This document shows positions 37,219 to 46,384 of a stretch of 64,000 nt of DNA, piece after piece. A model generated the notes under the pieces. That model had not been told where the DNA came from and did no database searches. It saw nothing but the letters and a program-made list of their open reading frames with translations. The stretch lies in IMG/VR virus record IMGVR_UViG_3300035130_000336, positions 1-64,000 of that record. One strand, given 5' to 3'. This DNA is from a virus (taxonomy: Duplodnaviria; Caudoviricetes). Each line of letters opens with the position of its first letter. Positions within the stretch are counted from its first letter, which is position 1. A program made the translations under genes and the position numbers.

Positions 37219-39747
37219 ATGAGCAGACAGACAGACGATAATCTGGAAAACTGGAATCAAACCAATTTCGGTAATGGTTTGGTAAAGAATGCGCCGCATG
37301 AGGACATACCGGTCAATGCGGTCGCAGGATTGATCAATGCCCATTCTTTCGACACCGAAATACAGCCGAGATTGGCATCGTGGCTATGGTCCGATTTGCA
37401 ACCTCCGCCTTGGAGGGATGGCTGCGGAAGCGAATTAAAAAATCTTTATATGAGCAAAGTTAATAACGTCGTTACCTGCGATCAGGACGTTTTTAATTAT
37501 GACAGTGTAAGTTGTTATATCGCATGGCCGACCGATGACGGCGAATATTATCACGACGAAATAGCCGAATATATTTCCGAAAATCAGGTAAGGATGGCAT
37601 TATCGGGAATTGACAGGGAATCGGACGGATGTTATATCCATGGCCGCTTGAATATTAATAGTTGGCATAAAATACAAAGAAAAAAAATATGGCAGTTCGG
37701 TAAAAGAGTATATACCAGCAGTTATAAATACAGGGGATATAGTGAATGTCTTTGTGTTTCGAGAAGAATGCCATCGAACGTCATATCCGATTGGGACGAT
37801 TCCGACAATGACGGGGTATTCGGGAATTCGAACGGCATATTCAAGTTGAGTTTCGATCAAAGCGTCGGTATTTTCTGGCGTGCGAACGGGCCGGTTCCGC
37901 ATATACTGCTTTATGGAAGACAAAGAAGAAAAGAGCATAAGCATCGTTACGATTATCTCTATTCCATGGCGAGAATCGCTGGAGCCGGAATAAGGGATAG
38001 AACGAATGCGAAACTGTTGCAGCAAAGCGGAACGACGCAATTAAATACCGATGTGATTCCAAACAGGGATTATTCGACGTATTGGAGAGAAAAACCGATA
38101 GGAAACAATGATAGCAGCGTTAAAATCGGTTGTCGTCTTACGTGCGCTGAAATGTCTGATGTCAATAAAGATCCCGCTTATTATCGAACGATTGCGGCTC
38201 CCGGTGCTTCTTTTAAATTTACCCACAATGAATACGAGGCTGAATTTATTGTTGATATGAGCACGACCGGAACTAATGTGCAGAGCATGCATGAAGTTGC
38301 TAATTCGCTGCAAAAAGGTATCAACACGTTGTTTCCGTGGATTGTCGTCAAATATAATGACGACGGTTACTTTACTTTTAATACGGGTCGCGAAAAAAAC
38401 GCATCGATCGGTTATCTGGGAGCGGGTACTACCGGAACGGATATTTCAGGGGTAATAAAAGGAACTGAAGCTGATGGTGCCAAAATAAATGACCAATGGG
38501 AATATACCGAACCCAATCAGGTAGGAGTGTTTTTTATTCCGCTTGATCAAGATTATTTTGAATGGCACTGGACGCATTATACGAAATGGCGCACTACCGA
38601 TATCAGTGAAAACGGGGCTAATCCGCGAACTACCGAAAACGGGGAAGAATTAACGCCGCTTAAATTTACATGGTGCGGCGATTTTCGCGTGGCTGCCGCC
38701 TTTTATGCAAGTAAAGCACACGGTATCGTTACTGCAATAGTCGGTACATTTGAAAAGGCCGATGAGGGAACGCCGCTTAAATGGGAGGATGGCGATACCG
38801 AAACCATTATAGAATATTTATCTCCAAAAAAAGTAAGGGTGGGAACCGATTATTACGGCGGGACGAAACCGTTACAGGCTTGCGCGATCGGCGCGGGACG
38901 GGTTATGCGTGCCTCGCAGGATGGATACATAGTTACTTTACATAATGTATATACGGATGATTATTTTTCCAAAACCGAATGTGATGAACGGAAAACGATA
39001 TTCTGGTCCACCGGCTACGAATCGATTATCGTGGAAGTGATTTCCAGCAATCAGGTGCGGGTACATGAAAATTTGTCAAAAGAAATTCAGGGAATAACTC
39101 TTGATCCGATGTACCGGGTAATTACGGATATTACTACCGATGAAACACTGCGGAATCGCATGGATGAAAAGCATATCGGCTTATTGAATATGCGTTATAA
39201 AGAGGCAATGCCTAATTGCAATATTCTTCGGATGGTTCCCGGTTTTATGGTGACGGCACAGCGCGGCGATTCGTTGATTCATTATTGCGATCTTGCCAAC
39301 AACATGCGATATAATGCCGGTTATTATTTGATGTCGAGACAGATTATCGACAAGATCGAAGGTTCGATACAGCTTATTCGCAAAGCTCCCAACTATATCC
39401 TTGTCTGGTGTATCGACAGTTTGTGGAGCATTCCGACCAATAATCCTGATGTTGAAACGTTGCCTGATTTTGGGGAATATTATGGTATTCTTCATGCCGA
39501 TGTGGTTGACGAATATCTCGGTGCCATTGATTGGGGAAGTATACAGGAAATAGACAAGGGAACATTCGAACTTCTCTGTCATGATATGAGCGTACGTCAG
39601 GTTATCAATAGAACATATAGTGAAGACATGACGTTTAATTCGCTCGAACAGGATATAATCGCGAAGGATTTCAAAGAGTGCTGGAATATCGGCGCGAGCG
39701 CTTATGGGAGGACGCTCGGGCATGTATTCTGGAGAACTAGGAAATAA
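37219..39747 (+). CDS. tail nozzle/stabilization protein (putative)
   Basis: 842 aa beta-rich; N-terminal F.NGL......IP.NA....IN pattern; follows the adaptor. Confidence 0.6.
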   Translation: MSRQTDDNLENWNQTNFGNGLVKNAPHEDIPVNAVAGLINAHSFDTEIQPRLASWLWSDLQPPPWRDGCGSELKNLYMSKVNNVVTCDQDVFNYDSVSCYIAWPTDDGEYYHDEIAEYISENQVRMALSGIDRESDGCYIHGRLNINSWHKIQRKKIWQFGKRVYTSSYKYRGYSECLCVSRRMPSNVISDWDDSDNDGVFGNSNGIFKLSFDQSVGIFWRANGPVPHILLYGRQRRKEHKHRYDYLYSMARIAGAGIRDRTNAKLLQQSGTTQLNTDVIPNRDYSTYWREKPIGNNDSSVKIGCRLTCAEMSDVNKDPAYYRTIAAPGASFKFTHNEYEAEFIVDMSTTGTNVQSMHEVANSLQKGINTLFPWIVVKYNDDGYFTFNTGREKNASIGYLGAGTTGTDISGVIKGTEADGAKINDQWEYTEPNQVGVFFIPLDQDYFEWHWTHYTKWRTTDISENGANPRTTENGEELTPLKFTWCGDFRVAAAFYASKAHGIVTAIVGTFEKADEGTPLKWEDGDTETIIEYLSPKKVRVGTDYYGGTKPLQACAIGAGRVMRASQDGYIVTLHNVYTDDYFSKTECDERKTIFWSTGYESIIVEVISSNQVRVHENLSKEIQGITLDPMYRVITDITTDETLRNRMDEKHIGLLNMRYKEAMPNCNILRMVPGFMVTAQRGDSLIHYCDLANNMRYNAGYYLMSRQIIDKIEGSIQLIRKAPNYILVWCIDSLWSIPTNNPDVETLPDFGEYYGILHADVVDEYLGAIDWGSIQEIDKGTFELLCHDMSVRQVINRTYSEDMTFNSLEQDIIAKDFKECWNIGASAYGRTLGHVFWRTRK

Positions 39748-39750
39748 CAA

Positions 39751-40944
39751 ATGCCTATTATTCTTAATGATTGGACTCGGAAACTTGCCGCTGCTCCTTG
39801 GTCTGAACGCAGGTTAATGCGTGCCGTTTCAGTCGGTGATTATATTTATATGACCGGTGGGAATACGAATGCAGCAGGAGTGAGAGTTGCTGAAGTATGG
39901 AGAACTAGAGATGGAATATCATGGGAACTTCTTACCGATACTCCCGGATGGTCGGCGAGAGCGGCGCACGGATTCGTTTATTATAATGGACTTTTTTGGG
40001 TTTTCGGCGGTTCCGAACAAGCGGCATTTTTAAACGATGTATGGTCTTCTCCTGATTGTATAACGTGGACGGAAAGAACGGCTGCCGCCGCATGGAGTGT
40101 ACGTCATGAATTCGCATACTGTTTACATAAGGGAGAAATCTATTTATCCGGTGGTTATGGCGGAGGATATAGACAAAATATATATAAAACATCGGATATG
40201 ATCAATTGGGCACTTGTTGCGAATTTACCACAAGCGGTTCGTGAACATGTAATGCTTTCATTCGGAGGTAATTTATACTGTTATTATGGAGATAACGGCG
40301 CTTCATCAAATGTGGTGCATCGATCAATAGATAATGGAGTTAATTGGGTAAATCTTGGAAATGCAGCTTATGGAGTCAGAAGAGAACATTGCGGCTTGAT
40401 AGATGGGGAGGGTGATAATTTAGCTATCGTCGGCGGTTATAATACAGCAACCAGTACATCATATCATGATGTATGGGAAACGGATGACGGATTTAATTTT
40501 ACTGAAATTGCACAGATAAACGCATATACCGAAAGAAGTGATTTTTGTTTTGTTCATCACAATAAAAGGCTTTATATATTCGGTGGGACGCCGGATACCG
40601 GAGCGACATATTTAAATGACGTTTGGGAATCACCCGCCGAACCGTATGCGGAATTTAGTGGTTATCCTTTAAGTGGTATATATCCGTTAACCGTTAATTT
40701 TACTAATAAATCGTCGGGTTCGCCGACATCGTATCTCTGGGATTTCGGTGACGGAAAGACTTCTACCGAAGAGAATCCGACGCACCGGTATGATGCGCCG
40801 GGAGTTTATACGGTTACATTGAGTTCAACCTATTCTTATGGTTTGTATACCGAAACAAAAAAGGATTACATCACCGTAACGCTTGACTTTACTGGAACGC
40901 CTCGAAGCGGCGTCCGTCCTTTTGAAGTGACATTCAAATTATGA
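39751..40944 (+). CDS. Kelch-repeat beta-propeller plus PKD domain virion protein
   Basis: Six W..R...GG......DVW-type repeats; PKD motif SYLWDFGDG...PGVYTVTL. Confidence 0.85.
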   Translation: MPIILNDWTRKLAAAPWSERRLMRAVSVGDYIYMTGGNTNAAGVRVAEVWRTRDGISWELLTDTPGWSARAAHGFVYYNGLFWVFGGSEQAAFLNDVWSSPDCITWTERTAAAAWSVRHEFAYCLHKGEIYLSGGYGGGYRQNIYKTSDMINWALVANLPQAVREHVMLSFGGNLYCYYGDNGASSNVVHRSIDNGVNWVNLGNAAYGVRREHCGLIDGEGDNLAIVGGYNTATSTSYHDVWETDDGFNFTEIAQINAYTERSDFCFVHHNKRLYIFGGTPDTGATYLNDVWESPAEPYAEFSGYPLSGIYPLTVNFTNKSSGSPTSYLWDFGDGKTSTEENPTHRYDAPGVYTVTLSSTYSYGLYTETKKDYITVTLDFTGTPRSGVRPFEVTFKL

Positions 40945-42401
40945 GTGGGATAATTGTTAAATATCTATGGACATTCGGTGACGGTGAAATTTCCAATGAA
41001 AAGGAACCGGTGCATGTCTATCGGATGCCCGGTGTATATACGGTAAAGCTTGAGGTATGGGATAATGACGGCAATCTTTTTTCTGAAACCAAAGTTGATT
41101 ACATCTATGTCTATGAAAACAGTTACGCTCCCGGCGGAAGAAACGTTACCAAATCAGACCGGATTTATCGATTGGGCGTTCCGCAGGAAAAGAAACAGGG
41201 GATAAGCTGGAGTGAATATCAGGGAAGTGATTATCCCAATGCGATCGGTTTGATAGGAACCTGTAAAATATTTGATAACAATGATGAAGAACGGATAATC
41301 GTTACCGATTGCGATTCGTTCAAACATTACTGGTTGGGCAAGGAAGATCACTGGCTTGACGGCGGGAATGAGGATTATGGCGGAAGTGAAATTGAATCCG
41401 ATATTTTATTCAGAGAGCATGTTCCGCCCATCGAAGCGACTGCTAAATTACGGCATTCTGAAAGTCATGCCAATTTAAAACCGTGGTATAAAGATCGAAG
41501 AAATACCGGCGATTATAATGTATTCGGTTTCAGGAAAAATTTCAAATCAAGCATGTATTTCCGTGAGGATTCGAGTCCGGAAGATCGGGCGGTAGTAAAA
41601 TATTTCCCGAGAAAAGCGCAGATAGTTTCTGATCGGCATATAGAGAGCGAAAGCATACAGGCCGGATTGAGACTTATTGGAGCACCGTGGCGATTGGTCA
41701 ATATGCAGCAATGGTATGAGCAGATCGATACCGCCGCCGCGCCGCCCGAAAAGCAGATGAGTGAAAAGACATGGGCTGAGTTGATGGCCGATTCGATCAT
41801 ATGGATCGGCAGAAGTATTGAACTTGTCAGTCTGGAAGATGGCTCCCATAAAATGCCGTGGGACAAGGGAAGCAATCAGCGGACAACCGGAAGTTTTTCC
41901 GGGGTAATCGGCGGTCCTGATGGGGTTACACGATCGGCGATCGTATTTAATGCTTCCGAAAGTATGAGCGTGGATACGGATTTACCCTCAGGAGACATGA
42001 GTATCGTGTTATGGGTAAAATCTCCGGCGTCTTCCTGTACAATAATCAGCAATGCCGATTTGACAATCAAATTGATCAAAAGCGGGTATGGATGGAATCT
42101 TGATTGGGATGACGGGGTGAATAACTGGAAGGTCGCGTTAAGCGCGGCACTGACGCAATGGACGATGATTACCATTATCCGCCATGAAACGACGGTTGAA
42201 GTTTATGAAAACAAATCGTTCGCGAATACACGGCTTTTGAAAACGAATCGATCGTATGCTGGTCCTATTGAATTTTATTCCGGTTCGGTAATCGGATTCG
42301 AACCGCGAATTGTCGGATCAATATTGACGGCGGATGCGATCGAGTGGTTATACAATGATGTGATTGAAAATCAGGGAAAATCAACCTGTGCAATGTATTG
42401 A
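40941..42401 (+). CDS. PKD plus LamG-like domain tail protein
   Basis: YLWTFGDG...PGVYTVKL; C-terminal SIVLWVK...WTMITI...VYEN LamG-like region. Confidence 0.75.
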   Translation: MSGIIVKYLWTFGDGEISNEKEPVHVYRMPGVYTVKLEVWDNDGNLFSETKVDYIYVYENSYAPGGRNVTKSDRIYRLGVPQEKKQGISWSEYQGSDYPNAIGLIGTCKIFDNNDEERIIVTDCDSFKHYWLGKEDHWLDGGNEDYGGSEIESDILFREHVPPIEATAKLRHSESHANLKPWYKDRRNTGDYNVFGFRKNFKSSMYFREDSSPEDRAVVKYFPRKAQIVSDRHIESESIQAGLRLIGAPWRLVNMQQWYEQIDTAAAPPEKQMSEKTWAELMADSIIWIGRSIELVSLEDGSHKMPWDKGSNQRTTGSFSGVIGGPDGVTRSAIVFNASESMSVDTDLPSGDMSIVLWVKSPASSCTIISNADLTIKLIKSGYGWNLDWDDGVNNWKVALSAALTQWTMITIIRHETTVEVYENKSFANTRLLKTNRSYAGPIEFYSGSVIGFEPRIVGSILTADAIEWLYNDVIENQGKSTCAMY

Positions 42402-42407
42402 TAGAAT

Positions 42408-45254
42408 ATGACAAAATCAATTATTACTAATTCCCGTGATCTACTTAATGCCATTGCCAAAATGGAAAGGGAGATGAATGGCATTTCGGATGATATACGG
42501 AATTTGAAATCCGCCAAAGCGACTATTAATCAACCGACAAATAATCAATTGCTTACATGGGATTCCGAAATATCCATGGTTGAAGACAGTCTTTGGCAAC
42601 TTCCCGCAGCCGATGGCGCTGCCAATGAAATCATGTATACCGATGGAGCGGGAAATCTGGCTTGGATCGCTCCGGGAGCGGCGGCGGTCGCGGGAGCGGA
42701 TACGCAGGTACAATACAATGCCGGAGGCGTCATGGCTGCCGAAGCGGCATTTACCTATAATTACGGTACGAATACGCTGACTACCGACCATATTCAGGCA
42801 ACAATTGATTTCGCGCCGAGTGCGGCTGATGGAGCGTCGCTTGGAACCGCTGCCCTTGAATTTTCAGATCTTTATCTTGCTGACGGCGGAATCATTTATT
42901 TGGGTGACGATCAGGATGTAACGCTTACCCATATTGCCGATACCGGTATACGCATTAATTCAACCATGCAACTGCAATTCAGGGATGCCGCCATTTATAT
43001 AGCGTCGCTTGACGATGGGCATCTTGATTTGAAAGCTGATACGCAGATTGATTTGAACAGCGCGGTATACCTCAATGTTTGTGCCGATGCGGGAGCGGAT
43101 GTCAATGCATTTCTCGTGAGGGATGCCGGAGGGTTTATTGATTATCGCACCGGTACGGAATTGCTGGCCGATCTGAGCGGGGATGCCGGAGCGGCATTTT
43201 CCTTTAATAGTCAGGATGTTACCAATGTAGCTACACTATATGGCGCTTATGTTGATTTGACGAATTGTATTGATTTGGTAAATACCATATCGGCGATTAC
43301 CGGTGTTGTAAGAAAGAATGGTGATAGATTTATTCATGATTTTAAGCATCCGACCGGCGGGGGAGCAATTCCGGTCGGACATAATTTGTTTATAGGAGAA
43401 GACGCCGGTAATTTTACTATGGGTGCAGCGGCAACGAATATCTCTGAAGCTTCATACAATTTGGGTATTGGATGGAAGTCATTATTAAGTGTAGCTCTAG
43501 GATATAATAATATAGCTATTGGACCGCAGGCTCTTACAAGTTTAACGGATGCCCCTTATTGTATTGCTATAGGAAGAGATGCTCTGGCACTTTGTACAAC
43601 CGGAGGGAGTAATCTTGGAATAGGTTATTCAGCTTTATATAAAAATACTACAGGTAGATATAATACTGCTATTGGGCGTCAGGCTCTTTACAATTGCGAT
43701 GGTGGTGAATATAATTGCGGAATATCCACTCAGGCTTTGAATGCATTAGCGGGAGGAGATTCTAATTGTGGAATTGGTTATAGAGCCTTATTTAATATAG
43801 TCGATCCAGATTATAATGTAGGGATCGGACATTATGCCGGAGCTTATATAGTAGGTGGAGGCAATAATACAGCAGGAAGTAATTCTATATTTATTGGAGT
43901 TGATACTCGACCTGCTGCTAATGGCGAAACCAATGAAATAGTTATTGGATATCAAGGTAACGGTATTGGCAGCAATACGACGGTAATCGGCAATGCTTCA
44001 ACGGTTACCGCCAGAATATACGGCGATATTCAAATCGATTCCGATACCGATATGATAATATTCGGCGACGGTCAGGATGCCGGTATTTATTACAACGGTT
44101 CCAATTTAGTTTACAATTCAACATTAGTAGGTGCGGGAGCACATGCGTTTACCGGCACGGTAAGACTTAATACCTGTGCGGACGCCGGGACGGATACCGA
44201 CAAATTTCTTGTTCGCGATGCTGCGAATAATATTGACTATCGCACCGGGGCGGAACTGCTTGCTGATTTGAGCGGAGATGCGGCGGCATCTTTTGATTGG
44301 AACAGTCAGGAACTTGATAATGTTGGATGGCTTGGTATTAATACCGCAGCAGACTCGAATCGGTATATAAATATTGATGATGCGGCGTTGTCGTTTACGA
44401 GTACGTTTTATGGAATATATCAGTCTTTGACAAAAACGGCGGGGGCTAGTGATGCTGGAGATTATTATTATGGTATTTATAATGTTACGGAATTAAATCA
44501 GGCCGGTGGAAAAATAGGATATGCGAGAGGAATACAGAATGAATTTCAACTGACAGATGGCGATATTGGAGATGCTAGTAATTCGAGAAATTTGATGTCT
44601 ATATATAGTTTCCTTGATTTAAACGGTGGAAAAATATATGGGGATGTTCGTGCTGGTTATTTTTCCATAGATCAGGAAGCGGGAAATGAAATAACAACTG
44701 ATGCGGTTGGAGTACGGATATACGCTGATCTTGATGGTACCGTTGGTGGAATATCCTATATGCTGCATTTGATTGAAGGCAATGGCATTGATTACGGTAT
44801 TTATCAGGAGGGGGTGGCGCAGAACAGGCTGGGTGGAATATTAGATATTTGGTCAAGCGCTAAAACAATCTTTCTTGGTGCTGACGAAGGGTTAAATACA
44901 CGAACCGACAACACAAATAAACGTTGTCATATTCAGTGCACCCAATACGATACCGACGCTGACGGAATGGCAATTTTAGCGACTTTATGTAATGTCGGTC
45001 AAAATTTGTTATTGATTGGTGGTCGCGGTTCAATGACCGGTAACGCTCCGACTGCCATATATTTTACTACATCCGCAAATACAACCGCCGGAGCTGGTGC
45101 CTCTGCACTTGGAATAGAATCGGATGGGGGAGTTTATTTATATATAGTCAAGTCCGGTGCAACGCAAGCGGCTGCCGGAGCATCGGCAGGTGAAATTTGG
45201 GAAACTTCCGGTCATGCATCATTGCCGGATCACGTTTTAATGTTGGGAGCTTAA
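42408..45254 (+). CDS. tail fibre / receptor-binding protein
   Basis: 948 aa Gly/Ala/Asn-rich; N(T/I)AIG..AL beta-roll repeats; duplicated internal module. Confidence 0.8.
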   Translation: MTKSIITNSRDLLNAIAKMEREMNGISDDIRNLKSAKATINQPTNNQLLTWDSEISMVEDSLWQLPAADGAANEIMYTDGAGNLAWIAPGAAAVAGADTQVQYNAGGVMAAEAAFTYNYGTNTLTTDHIQATIDFAPSAADGASLGTAALEFSDLYLADGGIIYLGDDQDVTLTHIADTGIRINSTMQLQFRDAAIYIASLDDGHLDLKADTQIDLNSAVYLNVCADAGADVNAFLVRDAGGFIDYRTGTELLADLSGDAGAAFSFNSQDVTNVATLYGAYVDLTNCIDLVNTISAITGVVRKNGDRFIHDFKHPTGGGAIPVGHNLFIGEDAGNFTMGAAATNISEASYNLGIGWKSLLSVALGYNNIAIGPQALTSLTDAPYCIAIGRDALALCTTGGSNLGIGYSALYKNTTGRYNTAIGRQALYNCDGGEYNCGISTQALNALAGGDSNCGIGYRALFNIVDPDYNVGIGHYAGAYIVGGGNNTAGSNSIFIGVDTRPAANGETNEIVIGYQGNGIGSNTTVIGNASTVTARIYGDIQIDSDTDMIIFGDGQDAGIYYNGSNLVYNSTLVGAGAHAFTGTVRLNTCADAGTDTDKFLVRDAANNIDYRTGAELLADLSGDAAASFDWNSQELDNVGWLGINTAADSNRYINIDDAALSFTSTFYGIYQSLTKTAGASDAGDYYYGIYNVTELNQAGGKIGYARGIQNEFQLTDGDIGDASNSRNLMSIYSFLDLNGGKIYGDVRAGYFSIDQEAGNEITTDAVGVRIYADLDGTVGGISYMLHLIEGNGIDYGIYQEGVAQNRLGGILDIWSSAKTIFLGADEGLNTRTDNTNKRCHIQCTQYDTDADGMAILATLCNVGQNLLLIGGRGSMTGNAPTAIYFTTSANTTAGAGASALGIESDGGVYLYIVKSGATQAAAGASAGEIWETSGHASLPDHVLMLGA

Positions 45255-45557
45255 ATGTCAAAAAATTACACGGCAACAAAAATGGATGAGATTACCATAC
45301 GTATGCGAATTCCCGCATATTGTCCGGAAACGGGTAAATATCATGCGGGTTCGATGCAGATGATTGGTATAGCGAAAAATGGTGTTATGAAAGTACCCGT
45401 AATAATGGATATGGAATATCTCGGTTCCGAAAAAGATGTTCCGTGGACGCCGAGCGAAATATATACGGCATTGACGAATTACAGTAATTTTAATACAATG
45501 CTCGCGAATAAATTAAAAGATCTTTATGTCGAAGGTATAAACGAAGATATTACGTGA
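45255..45557 (+). CDS. hypothetical protein (possible fibre chaperone)
   Basis: Immediately follows the fibre gene; GGAG RBS. Confidence 0.55.
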   Translation: MSKNYTATKMDEITIRMRIPAYCPETGKYHAGSMQMIGIAKNGVMKVPVIMDMEYLGSEKDVPWTPSEIYTALTNYSNFNTMLANKLKDLYVEGINEDIT

Positions 45558-45769
45558 GGAGAATCTTTATGTCAAATGGCGGTGAAACGAATGTTCAACA
45601 GAAACAACAACCGGTCAGTTTGGAACAAATTGAATTGCGAACACGGAGAATAGTTGATGAATTAAATGGGGTAATTACTTTTTTATGCAAAAATTATGCT
45701 GCGTTGGCACAGGAAAATGATCAATTGAAAAAACAGACATCGAAAATAAAAAATGGCTCAAAGAAATGA
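45554..45769 (+). CDS. small coiled-coil protein
   Basis: ORF within the operon. Confidence 0.55.
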   Translation: MRRIFMSNGGETNVQQKQQPVSLEQIELRTRRIVDELNGVITFLCKNYAALAQENDQLKKQTSKIKNGSKK

Positions 45770-45923
45770 AATTCAATCGCAAAACATTCAATTGGATATG
45801 ATTGATCCGAAAAATCCGGAATCGTTGATGCAATTGATTGAATGGGCGAAACAGACATCCGCCAAACAAAAGGAACTGCAACGGCAGATAGACCGATTAA
45901 ACCGGTGGGTATATCCTCAGTAA
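45753..45923 (+). CDS. hypothetical protein, 56 aa (MAQRNEIQSQ...)
   Basis: Manually translated; fills the gap in the operon. Confidence 0.5.
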   Translation: MAQRNEIQSQNIQLDMIDPKNPESLMQLIEWAKQTSAKQKELQRQIDRLNRWVYPQ

Positions 45924-45934
45924 AGGAGTGAAAG

Positions 45935-46369
45935 ATGTTGAAATGTTATCCTGTAAGCGATGTGTGGCTGCGAACGAAAGACAAAAATGCGCCGGAGTAT
46001 TGCGACATCGATGAAATAAGAAACGATCCGCACGGCAATGTACGGCAACCTGAAAATGTACTGGTCGGCGCTCCGAATTATCCGAACAGCGCTTACTTGA
46101 CATGGGTGCTTGCGAATGATCCGAACGTATTTACTTTGCAGGATGGCAGCACCCCGACGAGAATGGATCATATTATTGCGGCGCGATTCAACGATACGAA
46201 AATCCGGGTGGGTGATGTCGATAATGGAAATAATATCAAAGGGATATTGAAATACAACAATATCGTTACCGTTGGTGAATATACCGGCGGCATTCTTCAT
46301 GAGGAAGTGTATCGTCGAATATACCGCAAGGGAACGACCGTGGAAAAATTATGGTTCATGGGGTGCTAA
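45935..46369 (+). CDS. hypothetical protein
   Basis: 144 aa ORF with an AAGGAG RBS. Confidence 0.65.
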   Translation: MLKCYPVSDVWLRTKDKNAPEYCDIDEIRNDPHGNVRQPENVLVGAPNYPNSAYLTWVLANDPNVFTLQDGSTPTRMDHIIAARFNDTKIRVGDVDNGNNIKGILKYNNIVTVGEYTGGILHEEVYRRIYRKGTTVEKLWFMGC

Positions 46370-46384
46370 TAAAGGACATGTAAA

